From Eledone cirrhosa (taxonomy: Eukaryota): DNA of 64,000 bases. The position numbers were made by a program, and so were the translations under genes. Positions 14,601 to 27,654 of this stretch are shown piece by piece. The notes under the pieces are model-generated. The model was not told the DNA's origin, made no database searches, and saw only the letters and a list, made by a program, of their open reading frames with translations. The DNA is taken from NCBI GenBank assembly GCA_964016885.1, contig OZ024741.1, forward strand, positions 36,146,001 through 36,210,000, read 5' to 3'. Within the stretch, counting starts at the first letter, position 1. Every line of letters begins with the position of its first letter.

Positions 14601-16693
14601 ATCTTCAGCCTATGGACTCTTCAGCCTATGAAATCTTCAGCCAATGAATTCTTTACCCTAAGAACTCTTCAGCTTATGGAGTTCAGCCTATGAACTCTTC
14701 AGCCTATGGACTCTTTAGCCTATGGACTCTTCACGCTAAGAACTCTTCAGGCTATTAACTCTTCACCCTAAGAACTCTACGGCCTATGAACTCTTCACCC
14801 TAAGAACTCTACAGCTTATAGACTCTTCAGCCTATGGACTCATCAGCCTATGAACTCTTCAGCCTATGGAAACATCAACCTATGGACTCTTCACCCTAAG
14901 CACTCTTCAGTCTATGGACTCTTCAACCTATATACTCTTCAGGCTATGGACACTTCAGCCTATGAACTCTTCACACTAAGAACTCTTCAGCCTATGAACT
15001 CTTCAGCCTATGAATTCTTCACCCTAAGAACTGTTCAGCCTATGGACTCTTCAGCCTATGAAATCTTCAGCCTATGGACTCTTCAGCCTATGGACTCTTC
15101 ACACTAATAACTATTCAGCCTATGGACACTTCACCCTAAGAACTCTTCAGTCTATGAACTCTTCAGTCTATGAACTCTTCAGCCTATGAACTGTTCACCC
15201 TTAGAACTCTTCAGCCTATGAACTCTTCACCCTTAGTACTCTTCAGGCTATTATCTCTTCACCCAAGAACTCTTCAGCCAATGAACTCTTCACCCTAAGA
15301 ACTCTTCAGTCTATGGACATTTCAGCCCATGAGCTCTTCACACTAAGAACTCTTCAGCCTATGAACTCTTCAGCCTATGAACTCTTCACACTAAGAAATC
15401 TTCAGCCTATGAACTATTCAGCCTATGAACTCTTCACCCTAAGAACTCTTCAGCCTATGGACTCTTCAGCCTATGAACTCTTCAGCCTATGAACTCTTCA
15501 GCCTATGAACTCATCAGCCTATGAACTCTTCAGCCTATGGATTCTTCAGCCTATGACCTCTTCACCCTAAGAACTCTTCAGCCTATGAACTCTTCCACCT
15601 ATGGATTCTTCAGCCTATGGACTCTTCACTCTGAGCACTCTTCAGCCTATGGACTCTTCAACCTATATATTCTTCAGCCTATGGACACTTCAGCCTATGA
15701 ACTCTTCACACTAAGATCTCTTCACACTATGAACTCTTCAGCCTATGAACTCTTCAACCTATGGAATCTTCAGCCTATGGACTCTTCACACTAAGAACTC
15801 TTCAGCCTATGGACTCTTCACCCTAAGAACTCTTCAGTCTATGAACTCTTCAGTCTATGAACTCTTCAGCCTATGAACTGTTCAGCCTTAGAACTCTTCA
15901 GCCTATGAACTCTTCACTCTTAGAACTCTTCAGGCTATTATCTCTTCACCCAAGAACTCTTCAGCCTATGAACTGTTCACCCTCAGAACTCTTCAGCCTA
16001 TGGACTCTTCACCCTAAGCACACTTCAGCCTATGAACTCTTCAGTCTATGAACTCTTCAGCCTATGAACTGTTAACCGTTAGAACTCTTCAGCCTATGGA
16101 CTCTTCACACTAAGAAGTCTTCAGCCTATGAACTGTTCACTCTTAGAACTCTTTAGCCTAAGAACTCTTCAGCCTATGGACACTTCAGCATATGAACTCT
16201 TCACCCTTAGAACTCTTCAGCCTATGAACTCTTCAACCTTAGAGCTCTTCAGGATATTAACTCTTCACACTACGAACTGTTCTGCCTATTAACTTTTCAC
16301 CCTAAGAGCTCTTCAGCCTATGGATTCTTCAGCCTATGGACTCTTAAGCCTATGAACTCTTCACCCTAAGAACTCTTCAGCCTATGCACTTTTCAGCCTA
16401 TGAACTTTTCAGCCTATGGACTCTTCAGCCTATGGACTCTTCACCCTAAAAACTCTTCAGCCTATGGCTCTTCAGCCTATGAACTTTTCAGCCTATGGAC
16501 TCTTCAGCCTATGGACTCTTCACCCTAAGAACTCTTCAGCCTATGGATTCTTCACCCTAAGCACTCTTCTGCCTATGAACTATTCAGTCTATGAACTCTT
16601 CAGCCTATTGTCTCTTCACCCTAAGAACTCTTCAGCCTATGAACTCTTCACCCTAAGAACTCTTCAGCCTATGGACTCTTCAGCCTATGAACT

Positions 16694-19600
16694 CTTCACC
16701 CAAGAACTCTTCAGCCTATAAACTCTTCACCCTAAGAACTCTTCAGCCTATGGACTCTTCAGCCTATTAACTCTTCAGCCTATGGACTCTCCAGCCTATG
16801 GACTCTTCACACTAAGAACTCTTCAGCCTATGGACTCTTCAGCCTATGAACTCTTAACACTTAGAACTCTTCAGGCTATTAACTCTTCACCCTAAGACCT
16901 CATCAGCCTATGGATTCTTCAACCTATGGAATCTTAAGCCTATGAACTCTTCACCCTAAGAACTCTTCAGCCTATGAACTCTTCAACCTATGTACTCTTC
17001 AGCCTATGGACTCTTCACTCTAAGAACTCTTCAGCCTATGGACTCTTCAAACTAAGAACTCTTCAGCCTATGAACTCTCCACCATAAAAACTCTTCAGCC
17101 TATAGACTCTTCACACTAATTAATCTTCAGCCTATGGACTCTTCAGCCTATGAAATCTTCAGCCAATGAATTCTTTACCCTAAGAACTGTTCAGCTTATG
17201 GATCAGCCTATGATCTCTTCAGCCTATGGACTCTTTAGCCTATGGACTCTTCACGCTAAGAACTCTTCAGGCTATTAACTCTTCACCCTAAGAACTCTAC
17301 GCCCTATGAACTCTTCACCCTAAGAACTCTACAGCTTATAGACTCTTCAGCCTATGGACTCATCAGCCTATGAACTCTTCAGCCTATGGAAACTTCAGCC
17401 TATGGACTCTTCACCCTAAGCACTCTTCAGTCTATGGACTCTTCAACCTATATAATCTTCAGGCTATGGACACTTCAGCCTATGAGCTCTTCACACTAAG
17501 AACTCTTCAGCCTATGAACTCTTCAGCCTATGAACTCTTCACCCTAAGAACTGTTCAGCCTATGGACTCTTCAGCCTATGAAATCTTCAGCCTATGGACT
17601 CTTCAGCCTATGGACTCTTCACGCTAATAACTATTCAGCCTATGGACACTTCACCCTAAGAACTCTTCAGTCTATGAACTCTTCAGTCTATGAACTCTTC
17701 AGCCTATGAACTCTTCACCCTTAGTACTCTTCAGGCTATTATCTCTTCACCCAAGAACTTTTCAGCCTATGAACTCTTCACCCTAAGAACTCTTCAGCCT
17801 ATGGACACTTCAGCCTATGAACTCTTCACACTAAGAACTCTTCAGCCTATGAACTCTTCAGCCTATGAACTCTTCACACTAAGAAATCTTCAGCCTATGA
17901 ACTATTCAGCCTATGAACTCTTCACCCTAAGAACTCTTCAGCCTATGGACTCTTCAGCCTATGAACTCTTCAGCCTATGAACTCTTCAGCCTATGGACTC
18001 TTCAGCCAATGAACTCCTCACACTAAGAACTCTTCAGCCTATGGACTCTTCAACCTATGGACTCTTCAGCCTATGCACTCCTCATTCTAAGAACTATTCA
18101 GCCTATGGACTCTTCAGCCTATGAACTCTTCACTCTAAGAACTCTTCAGCTTATGGACTCTTCAGCATATGAACTCTTCAGCCTATGGACTCTTCAGCCT
18201 AAGTATTCTTCACGCTAAGATTTCTTCAGGCTATGGAGTATTCTGCCTATGAACTCTTCACTCTTAGAACTCTTCAGGCTATTAACTCTTCACCCTAAGA
18301 ACTCTTCAGCCTATGGATTCTTCAGCCTATGGACTCTTAAGCCTATGAACTCTTCACCCTAAGAACTCTTAAGCCTATGAACTCCTCAGCCTATGAACTC
18401 TTCAGCCTTTGGACTCCTCAGCCTATGGACTCTTCACTCTAAGAACTCTTCAGCCTATGAACTCTTCAGCCTATGAACTCTTCACACTAAGAAATCTTCA
18501 GCCTATGAACTATTCAGCCTATGAACTCTTCAACCTATGGACTCTTCAGCCTATGGACTCCTCATTCTAAGAACTATTCAGCCTATGGATTCTTCAGCCT
18601 ATGAACTCTTCACTCTAAGAACTTTTCAGCTTATGGACTCTTCAGCATATGAACTCTTCAGCCTATGGACTCTTCAGCCTAAGTATTCTTCACGCTAAGA
18701 ATTCTTCAGCCTATGGAGTATTCTGCCTATGAACTTTTCACCCTTAGAACTCTTCGACCTATGAACTCTTCACCCTAAGAACTCTTCAGGCTATGGACTC
18801 ATCAGCCTATGAACTCTTCACCCTAAGAACTCTTCAGTCTATGAACTCTTCCACCTAAGGACTCTTAAGCCTATGGACTCTTCACGCTAAGCACTCTTCA
18901 TCCTAAGCACTCTTCAGCCTATGGACTCTTCAGCCTCCGACTCTTCAGCCTATGGACTCTTCAGGCTATGGACTCTTCGGGCTATGAACTCTTCAGCCTA
19001 TGGACTCTTCAGTCTATAGACTCTTCAGCCTATGAACTTTTCAGCCTATGGACTCTTCACTCTTAGAACTCATCAGCCTAAGAACTGTTCAGCCTATGGA
19101 CACTTCACCCTAAGCACTATTCAGCCTATGGACTCTTCAACCTATATACTCTTCAGCCTATGGACACTTCAGCCTATGAACTCTTCACACTAAGAACTCT
19201 TCAGCCTATGAACACTTCAGCCTATGAACACTTCACCCTAAGAACTCTTCAGCCTATGGACTCTTCAGCCTATGAACTCTTCAGCCTATGAACTTTTCAA
19301 CCTATGGACTCTTCAGCCAATGAACTCTTCACACTAAGAACTATTCACCCTATGGACTCTTCAGCCTATGAACTCTTCATCCTAAGAACTCTTCAGCTTA
19401 TGGACTCTTCAGCCTATGAACTCTTCAGCCTATGGACTCTTCAGCCTATGGACTCTTCACGCTAAGAATTCTTCAGCCTATGGAGTATTCTGCCTATGAA
19501 CTCTTCACCCTTAGAACTCTTCAGGCTATTAACTCTTCACACTAAGAACTCTTCAGCCTATGGACTCTTCAGCCTATGGACTCTTCATTCTAAGAACTCT

Positions 19601-22600
19601 TCAGCCTATGGACACTTCAGCCTCTGAACTCTTCACCCTAAGAACTCTTCAGCTTGTGGACTCTTCAGCCTATGAACTCTACAGCTTGTGGACTCTTCAG
19701 GCTATTAACTCTTCACCCTATCAACTCTTCAGCCTATGGACTCTTCAGCCAATGAACTCTTCACCCTAAGAACTCTTCAGCCTATGAACTCTTCAACCTA
19801 TGGACTCTTCAGCCTATGGACTCTTCATTCTAAGAACTCTTCAGCCTATGGACTACTCAGCCAATGAACTCTTCACCATAAGAACTCTTCAGCCTATGGA
19901 CTCTTCACTCTAAGAACTCTTCAGCCTATGGACTCTTCAGTCTTTGGATTCTTCACGCTAAGAATTCTTCAGCCAATGGACTATTCTGCCTATGAAATCT
20001 TCACCCTTAGAACTCTTCAGGCTATTATCTCTTCACCCTAAGAACTCTTCGGCCTATGAACTCTTCACCTTAAGAACTCTTCATTCTATGGACTCATCAG
20101 CCTATGAAATCTTCACCCTCAGAACTCTTCAGCCTATGAACTCTTCAGCCTCTGAACTCTTCAGCTTATGGACTCTTCAGCCTATGAACTCTTCACCCTA
20201 AGAACTCTTCAGTCTATGAACTCTTCCACCTAAGGACTCTTAAGCCTATGGACTCTTCACCCTAAGCATTCTTCACCCTAAGCACTCTTCAGCCTATGGA
20301 CTCTTCAGCCTCCGACTCTTCAGCCTATGGGCTCTCAGCCTATGGACTCTTCAGCCTATGAATTTTTACCCTAAGAACTCTTCAGCCTGTGAAATCTTCG
20401 CCCTAAGAATTCTTCAGACTATGGGCTCTTCACCCTAAGAACTATACAGCCTATGGACTCTTCAGCCTATGAACTCCTCAACCTATGGACTCTTCAGCCT
20501 ATGAACTCTTCACACTTAAATCTCTTCAGCCTATGAGCTCTTCACACTAAGAACTCTTCAGCCTATGATCTCTTCAGCCTATGGACTCTTCAGCCTATGA
20601 ACGTTTAAGCCTATGGACTCTTCAGCCTATGGACTCTTCACCCTAAGAACTCTTCAGCCTATGGACTCTTTAGCCTATGAACTCTTCACCCTAAGTACTC
20701 TTAAGCCTATGAACTCTTCAGCCTATGGACTCCTCAGCCAATGAACTATTCACCCTAATAACTCTTAAGCCTATGAACTCTTCAGCCTATGAACGCTTCA
20801 GCCTATGGACTCTTCAGCCTATGAATTATTCACCCTAAGAACTCTTCAGTCTATGAACTCTTCCACCTAAGGACTCTTAAGCCTATGGACTCTTCACCCT
20901 AAGCACTCTTAACCGTAACCACTCTTCAGCCTATGGACTCTTCAGCCTTCGACTCTTCAGCCTATGGACTCTTCAGCCTATGGACTCATCAGCCTATGAT
21001 CTCTTTACCCTAAGAACTCTTCAGCCTGTGAAATATTCGCCCTAAGAATTCTTCAGCCTATGGGCTCTTCACCCGAAGAACTATTCAGCCTATGGACTCT
21101 TCAGCCTATGAACTCTTCACACTTAAAACTCTTCAGCCTATGAACTCTTCACCTTAAGAACTCTTCAGCCTATGGACTCTTCAGCCTATGGACTCTTCAG
21201 CCTAAGAACTTTTCAGCCTATGGACTCTTCAGCCTATGGACTCTTCACCCTAAGAACTCTTCAGCCTATGGACTCTTCAGCCTATGAAATCTTCAGCCTA
21301 TCAACTCTTCTGCCTATGAACTGTTCACCCTTAGAACTCTTCAGCCTACGAACTCTTCACCCTAAGAACTCTTTAGCCTATGGACTCTTCAGTCTATAGA
21401 TTCTTCAGCCTATGAACTTTTCAGCCTATGGACTCTTCACTCTTAAAATTCATCAGCCTAAGAACTGTTCAGCCTATGGACACTTCACCCTAAGCACTAT
21501 TCAGCCTATGGACTCTTCAATCTATATACTCTTCAGCCTATGAACTCTTCAGTCTATGAACTCTTCACCCTAAGAACTCTTCAGCCTATGGACTCTTCTG
21601 CCTATGAACTCTTCATTCTATGAACTCTTCAGCCTATGGACTCTTCAGCCAATGAACTCTTCACACTAAGAACTCTTCAGCCTATGAACTCTTCAACCTA
21701 TGGACTCTTCAGCCTATGGACTCTTCATTCTAAGAACTCTTAAGCCTATGTACTCTTCAGACTATTAACTCTTCACCCTAAGAACTCTTCAGCTTATGAA
21801 TTCTTCAGCCGAAGAAATCTTCAGCCTATAGACTCTTCAGTCTATGGACTCTTCACTCTAAGAACTCTTCAGTCTATGGACTCTTCAGTCTATGGACTCT
21901 TCACTCTAAGAACTCTTCAGTCTATGGACTCTTCACTCTATGAACTCTTCTCCCTCAGAACTCTTCAGCCTATGAACTCTTCACCATAAAAACTCTTCAG
22001 CCTATCGACTCTTCACCCTATGAACTCTTCAGCCTATGGACTCTTCACCCTATGAACTCTTCAGCCCATGAACTCTTCACCCTAAGAACTCTTCTGCTTA
22101 TGGACTCTTCAGCCTACGAACTCTTCAGCCTATGAACTCTTCACCCTAAGAACTCTTCAGCTTATGGACTCTTCAGCCTATGAACTCGTCAGCCTATGAA
22201 ATATTCACCCTAAGAACTCTTCGGCCTATGAACTCTTCACCCTAAGAACTCTTCAGCCTATAGACTCTTCAGCCTATGAAATCATCAGCCTATGAACTCC
22301 TCAGCCTATGGATTCTTCAGCCTATGGACTCTTCACCCTAAGCACTCTTCAGCCTATGGACTATTCAACCTATATATTCTTCAGCCTATGGACACTTCAG
22401 CCTATGAACTCTTCACACTAAGAACTCTTCACACTATGAACTCTTCAGCCTATGAACTTTTGAAACTATGGAAGCTTCAGCCTATGGACTCTTCGCACTA
22501 AGAACTCTTCAGCCTATGGACTCTTCACCCTAAGAACTCTTCAGTCTATGAACTCTTCAGTCTATGAACACTTCAGCCTATGAACTCTTCTCTCTTAGAA

Positions 22601-25302
22601 CTCTTCAGTCTATTATCTCTTCACCCAAGAACTCTTCAGCCTATGAACTGTTCACCCTAAGAACTCTTCAGCCTATGGACTCTTCAGCCTATGGACTCTT
22701 CACACTAAGAAGTCTTCAGCCTATGAACTGTTCACACTTAGAACTCTTTAGCCTAAGAACTCTTCAGCCTATGGACACTTCAGCCTATGAACTCTTCACC
22801 CTTAGAACTCTTCAGCCTATGAACTCTTCAACCTTAGAACTCTTCAGGCTATGAACTCTTCACCCTAAGAACTCTTCAGCCTATGGCTCTTCAGCTTATG
22901 CACTCTTCAGACTTTGAAATTTTCAGCCTATGGACTCTTCAGCCTATGGACTCTTCACCCTAAGAACTCTTCAGCCTATGGACTCTTCAGCCTATGAACT
23001 CTTTAGCCTATGGACTCTTCAGCCTATGGACTCTTCACCCTAAGAACTCTTCAGCCTATGGACTCTTCACCCTAAGCACTCTTAAGCCTATGAACTATTC
23101 AGTCTATGAACTCTTCAGCCTATGATCTGTTCACCCTTAGAACTCTTCAGCCTATGAACTCTTCAGCCTTTGGTCTCTTCACCCTAAGAACTCTTCAGCC
23201 AATGAAATCTTCACCCTAAGAACTCTTCAGCTTATGGACTCTTCAGCCTATGAACTCTTCAACCTATGGACTCTTCATCCTATGGACTCTTCATTCTAAG
23301 AACTCTTCAGCCTATGGAGTATTCTGCCTATGAACTCTTCACCCTTAGAACTCTTCAGGCTATTAAATCTTCACCCTAAGAGCTCTTCAGCTTATGGACT
23401 CTTCAGCCTATGAACTCTTCAGCCTATTGTCTCTCCAGCCTATGGACTCTTCACGCTAAGAATTCTTCAGCCTATGGAGTATTCTGCCTATGAACTCTTC
23501 ACACTTAGAACTCTTCAGGCTATTAAATCTTCAACCTAAGAACTCTTCAGCCTATGGATTATTCAGCCTATGGACTCTTAAGCCTATGAACTCTTCACCC
23601 TAAGAACTCTTAAGCTTATGAACTCTTCAGCCTATGAACTCTCCAGCCTATGGACTCCTCAGCCAATGTACTCTTCACCCTAAGAACTCTTCAGCTTATC
23701 AATTCTTCAACCTATGGACTCTTCAGCCTATGGACTCTTCACTCTAAGAATTCTTCAGGCTATTAACTCTTCACCCTAAGAACTATTCGGCCTATGAACT
23801 CTTCACCCTAAGAACACTTCAACCTATGGACACTTCAGCCTATGGACTCTTCATTCTAAGAACTCTTCAGCCTATGGACTCTTCAGACTATGCACTCTTC
23901 ACCCTTAGAACTCTTCAGGCTATTAAGTCTTCGGCCTATGGACTCTTCAGCCAATGAATTCTTCACTCTAAGAACTCTTCAGCCTATGGGTTCAAGAGCC
24001 TATGAACTCCTCAACCAATGGACTCTTTACCCTAAGAACTCTTCAGTCTATGAACTCTTCTGGCTATGAACTCTTCACTCTATGAACTCTTCACACTAAA
24101 AACTCTTCAGCCTATGAACTCTTCCCCATAAAAACTGTTCAGCCTATGGACTCTTCACCCTAAGAACTCTTCAGCCTATGGACTTTTCAAACTATGAACA
24201 CTTCAGCCTATGGACTCTACAGCCTGTGGATTCTTCAGCCTATGGACTCTTGAGCCTATAGACTCTTCAGCCTATTGACACTTCAGCCTATGAACTCTTC
24301 ACACTAAGAACTCTTCAGCCTATGGACTCTTCAGCCTATGGACTCTTCACGCTAAGAATTCTTCAGCCTATGGACTATTCTGCCTATGAACTCTTCACCC
24401 TTAGAACTCTTCAGGCTATTAACTCTTAACCCTAAGAAATCTTCGGCCTATGAACTCTTCACCCTTAAGAACTCTTCACCCTATGGACTCTTCAGCCTAT
24501 GAACTGCTCAGCCTATGAACTCTTCCACGTAAGGACTCTTCAGCCAATGAACTCTTCAGCCTATGAACTCTTCCACCTAAGGACTCTTCAGCCTATGGAC
24601 TCTTCACCCTAAGCACTCTTCAGCCTATGGACTCTTCAGCCTATGAACTATTCTGCCTATGGACTCTTCAGCCTATGGACTCTTCAGCCTATGAAGTCTT
24701 TACCCTAAGAACTCTTCAGCTTGTGAACTCTTCGTCCTAAGAATTCTTCAGGATATTGGCTCTTCACCCGAAGAACTATTCAGCCTATGGACTCTTCAGC
24801 CTATGAACTCTTCACCCTTAGAACTCTTCAGCCTATAGTCTCTTCAGACTATGGACTCATCAGCCTATGAACCCTTCAGCCTATGGACTCTTCAGCCTAT
24901 GAACTCTTCAGCCTATGGACTCTTCACCCTATGGACTCTTCACCCTAAGAACTCTTCAGCCTATGGACTCTTCACTCTAAGCACTCTTCAGCTTATGAAC
25001 TCTTCAGTCTATGAAATCTTCAGCCTATGAACTGTTCACCCTTAGAACTCTTCAGCCTATGAACTCTTCACCCTAAGAACTCTTCAGCCTATGGATTCTT
25101 CAGCCTATGGACTCTTTAGCCTATGACCTCTTCACCCTAAGAACTCTTCAGCCTATGAACTCTTCAGCCTATGAACTCTTCGGCCTATGTACTCTTCAGT
25201 CTATGGACTCTTCACTCTAAGAACTCTTCAGTCTATGGACTCTTCAGTCTATGAACTCTTCAGCCTAGCAACTATTTACCCTAAGAACTCTTCAGCCTAT
25301 GA
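16694..25302 (+). repeat. Segmental duplication copy 2 of 1-8609
   Basis: Same variant order and private indels as 1-8609 at offset 16,693. One mismatch spotted by eye (C7003 vs T23696). Confidence 0.95.
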
Positions 25303-27654
25303 ACTCTTCAACCTATGGACTCTTCAGCCTATGAACTCTTCACCCTTAGAACTCTTCAGCCTATGAACTCTTCACCCTAAGAACTCTTCAGCCTATAGTC
25401 TCTTCAGACTATGAACTCTTCTGCCTATGGACTCTTAGGCCTATGTACTCTTCAGCCTATGAACTCTTTACCCTAAGAACTCTTCAGCCTATGGACTCTT
25501 CAGCCTATGAACTCTTCAGCCTATGAACTCTTCAGCCTATTGTCTCTCCAGCCTATGGACTCTTCACGCTAAGAATTCTTCAGCCTATGGAGTATTCTGC
25601 CTATGAACTCTTCACCCTTAGAACTCTTCAGGCTATTAAATCTTCAACCTAAGAACTCTTCAGCCTATGGATTATTCAGCCTATGGACTCTTAAGCCTAT
25701 GAACTCTTCACCCTAAGAACTCTTAAGCTTATGAACTCTTCAGCCTATGAACTCTCCAGCCTATGGACTCCTCAGCCAATGTACTCTTCACCCTAAGAAC
25801 TCTTCAGCCTATCAATTCTTCAACCTATGGACTCTTCAGCCTATGGACTCTTCACTCTAAGAATTCTTCAGGCTATTAACTCTTCACCCTAAGAACTATT
25901 CGGCCTATGAACTCTTCACCCTAAGAACACTTCAACCTATGGACACTTCAGCCTATGGACTCTTCATTCTAAGAACTCTTCAGCCTATGGACTCTTCAGA
26001 CTATGCACTCTTCACCCTTAGAACTCTTCAGGCTATTAAGTCTTCGGCCTATGGACTCTTCAGCCAATGAATTCTTCACCCTAAGAACTCTTCAGCCTAT
26101 AAACTCTTAGACCTATGGACTCTTCAGCCTATGGACTTTTCACTCTAAGAACTCTTCAGCCTATGGGTTCAAGAGCCTATGAACTCCTCAACCAATGGAC
26201 TCTTTACCCTAAGAACTCTTCAGTCTATGAACTCTTCTGGCTATGAACTCTTCACTCTATGAACTCTTCACACTAAAAACTCTTCAGCCTATGAACTCTT
26301 CCCCATAAAAACTGTTCAGCCTATGGACTCTTCACCCTAAGAACTCTTCAGCCTATGGACTTTTCAAACTATGAACACTTCAGCCTATGGACTCTACAGC
26401 CTGTGGATTCTTCAGCCTATGGACTCTTGAGCCTATAGACTCTTCAGCCTATTGACACTTCAGCCTATGAACTCTTCACACTAAGAACTCTTCAGCCTAT
26501 GGACTCTTCAGCCTATGGACTCTTCACGCTAAGAATTCTTCAGCCTATGGACTATTCTGCCTATGAACTCTTCACCCTTAGAACTCTTCAGGCTATTAAC
26601 TCTTAACCCTAAGAAATCTTCGGCCTATGAACTCTTCACCCTTAAGAACTCTTCACCCTATGGACTCTTCAGCCTATGAACTGCTCAGCCTATGAACTCT
26701 TCCACGTAAGGACTCTTCAGCCAATGAACTCTTCAGCCTTTGAACTCTTCCACCTAAGGACTCTTCAGCCTATGGACTCTTCACCCTAAGCACTCTTCAG
26801 CCTATGGACTCTTCAGCCTATGAACTATTCTGCCTATGGACTCTTCAGCCTATGGACTCTTCAGCCTATGAAGTCTTTACCCTAAGAACTCTTCAGCTTG
26901 TGAACTCTTCGTCCTAAGAATTCTTCAGGATATTGGCTCTTCACCCGAAGAACTATTCAGCCTATGGACTCTTCAGCCTATGAACTCTTCACCCTTAGAA
27001 CTCTTCAGCCTATAGTCTCTTCAGACTATGGACTCATCAGCCTATGAACCCTTCACCCTATGGACTCTTCACCCTAAGAACTCTTCAGCCTATGGACTCT
27101 TCACTCTAAGCACTCTTCAGCTTATGAACTCTTCAGTCTATGAAATCTTCAGCCTATGAACTGTTCACCCTTAGAACTCTTCAGCCTATGAACTCTTCAC
27201 CCTAAGAACTCTTCAGCCTATGGATTCTTCAGCCTATGGACTCTTTAGCCTATGACCTCTTCACCCTAAGAACTCTTCAGCCTATGAACTCTTCAGCCTA
27301 TGAACTCTTCGGCCTATGTACTCTTCAGTCTATGGACTCTTCACTCTAAGAACTCTTCAGTCTATGGACTCTTCAGTCTATGAACTCTTCAGCCTAGCAA
27401 CTATTTACCCTAAGAACTCTTCAGCCTATGAACTCTTCAACCTATGGACTCTTCAGCCTATGAACTCTTCACCCTTAGAACTCTTCAGCCTATGAACTCT
27501 TCACCCTAAGAACTCTTCAGCCTATAGTCTCTTCAGACTATGAACTCTTCTGCCTATGGACTCTTAGGCCTATGTACTCTTCAGCCTATGAACTCTTTAC
27601 CCTAAGAACTCTTCAGCCTATGGACTCTTCAGCCTATGAACTCTTCAGCCTATG
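23398..27654 (+). repeat. Tandem duplication, unit about 2.1 kb (23398-25525 and 25511-27654)
   Basis: Offset is 2,113 at TATTGTCTCTCC (23425/25538) and 2,129 at CCTAGCAAC (25264/27393). The change is explained by +64 bp near 26079-26142 and -48 bp near 27055 in the second copy. Confidence 0.9.
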
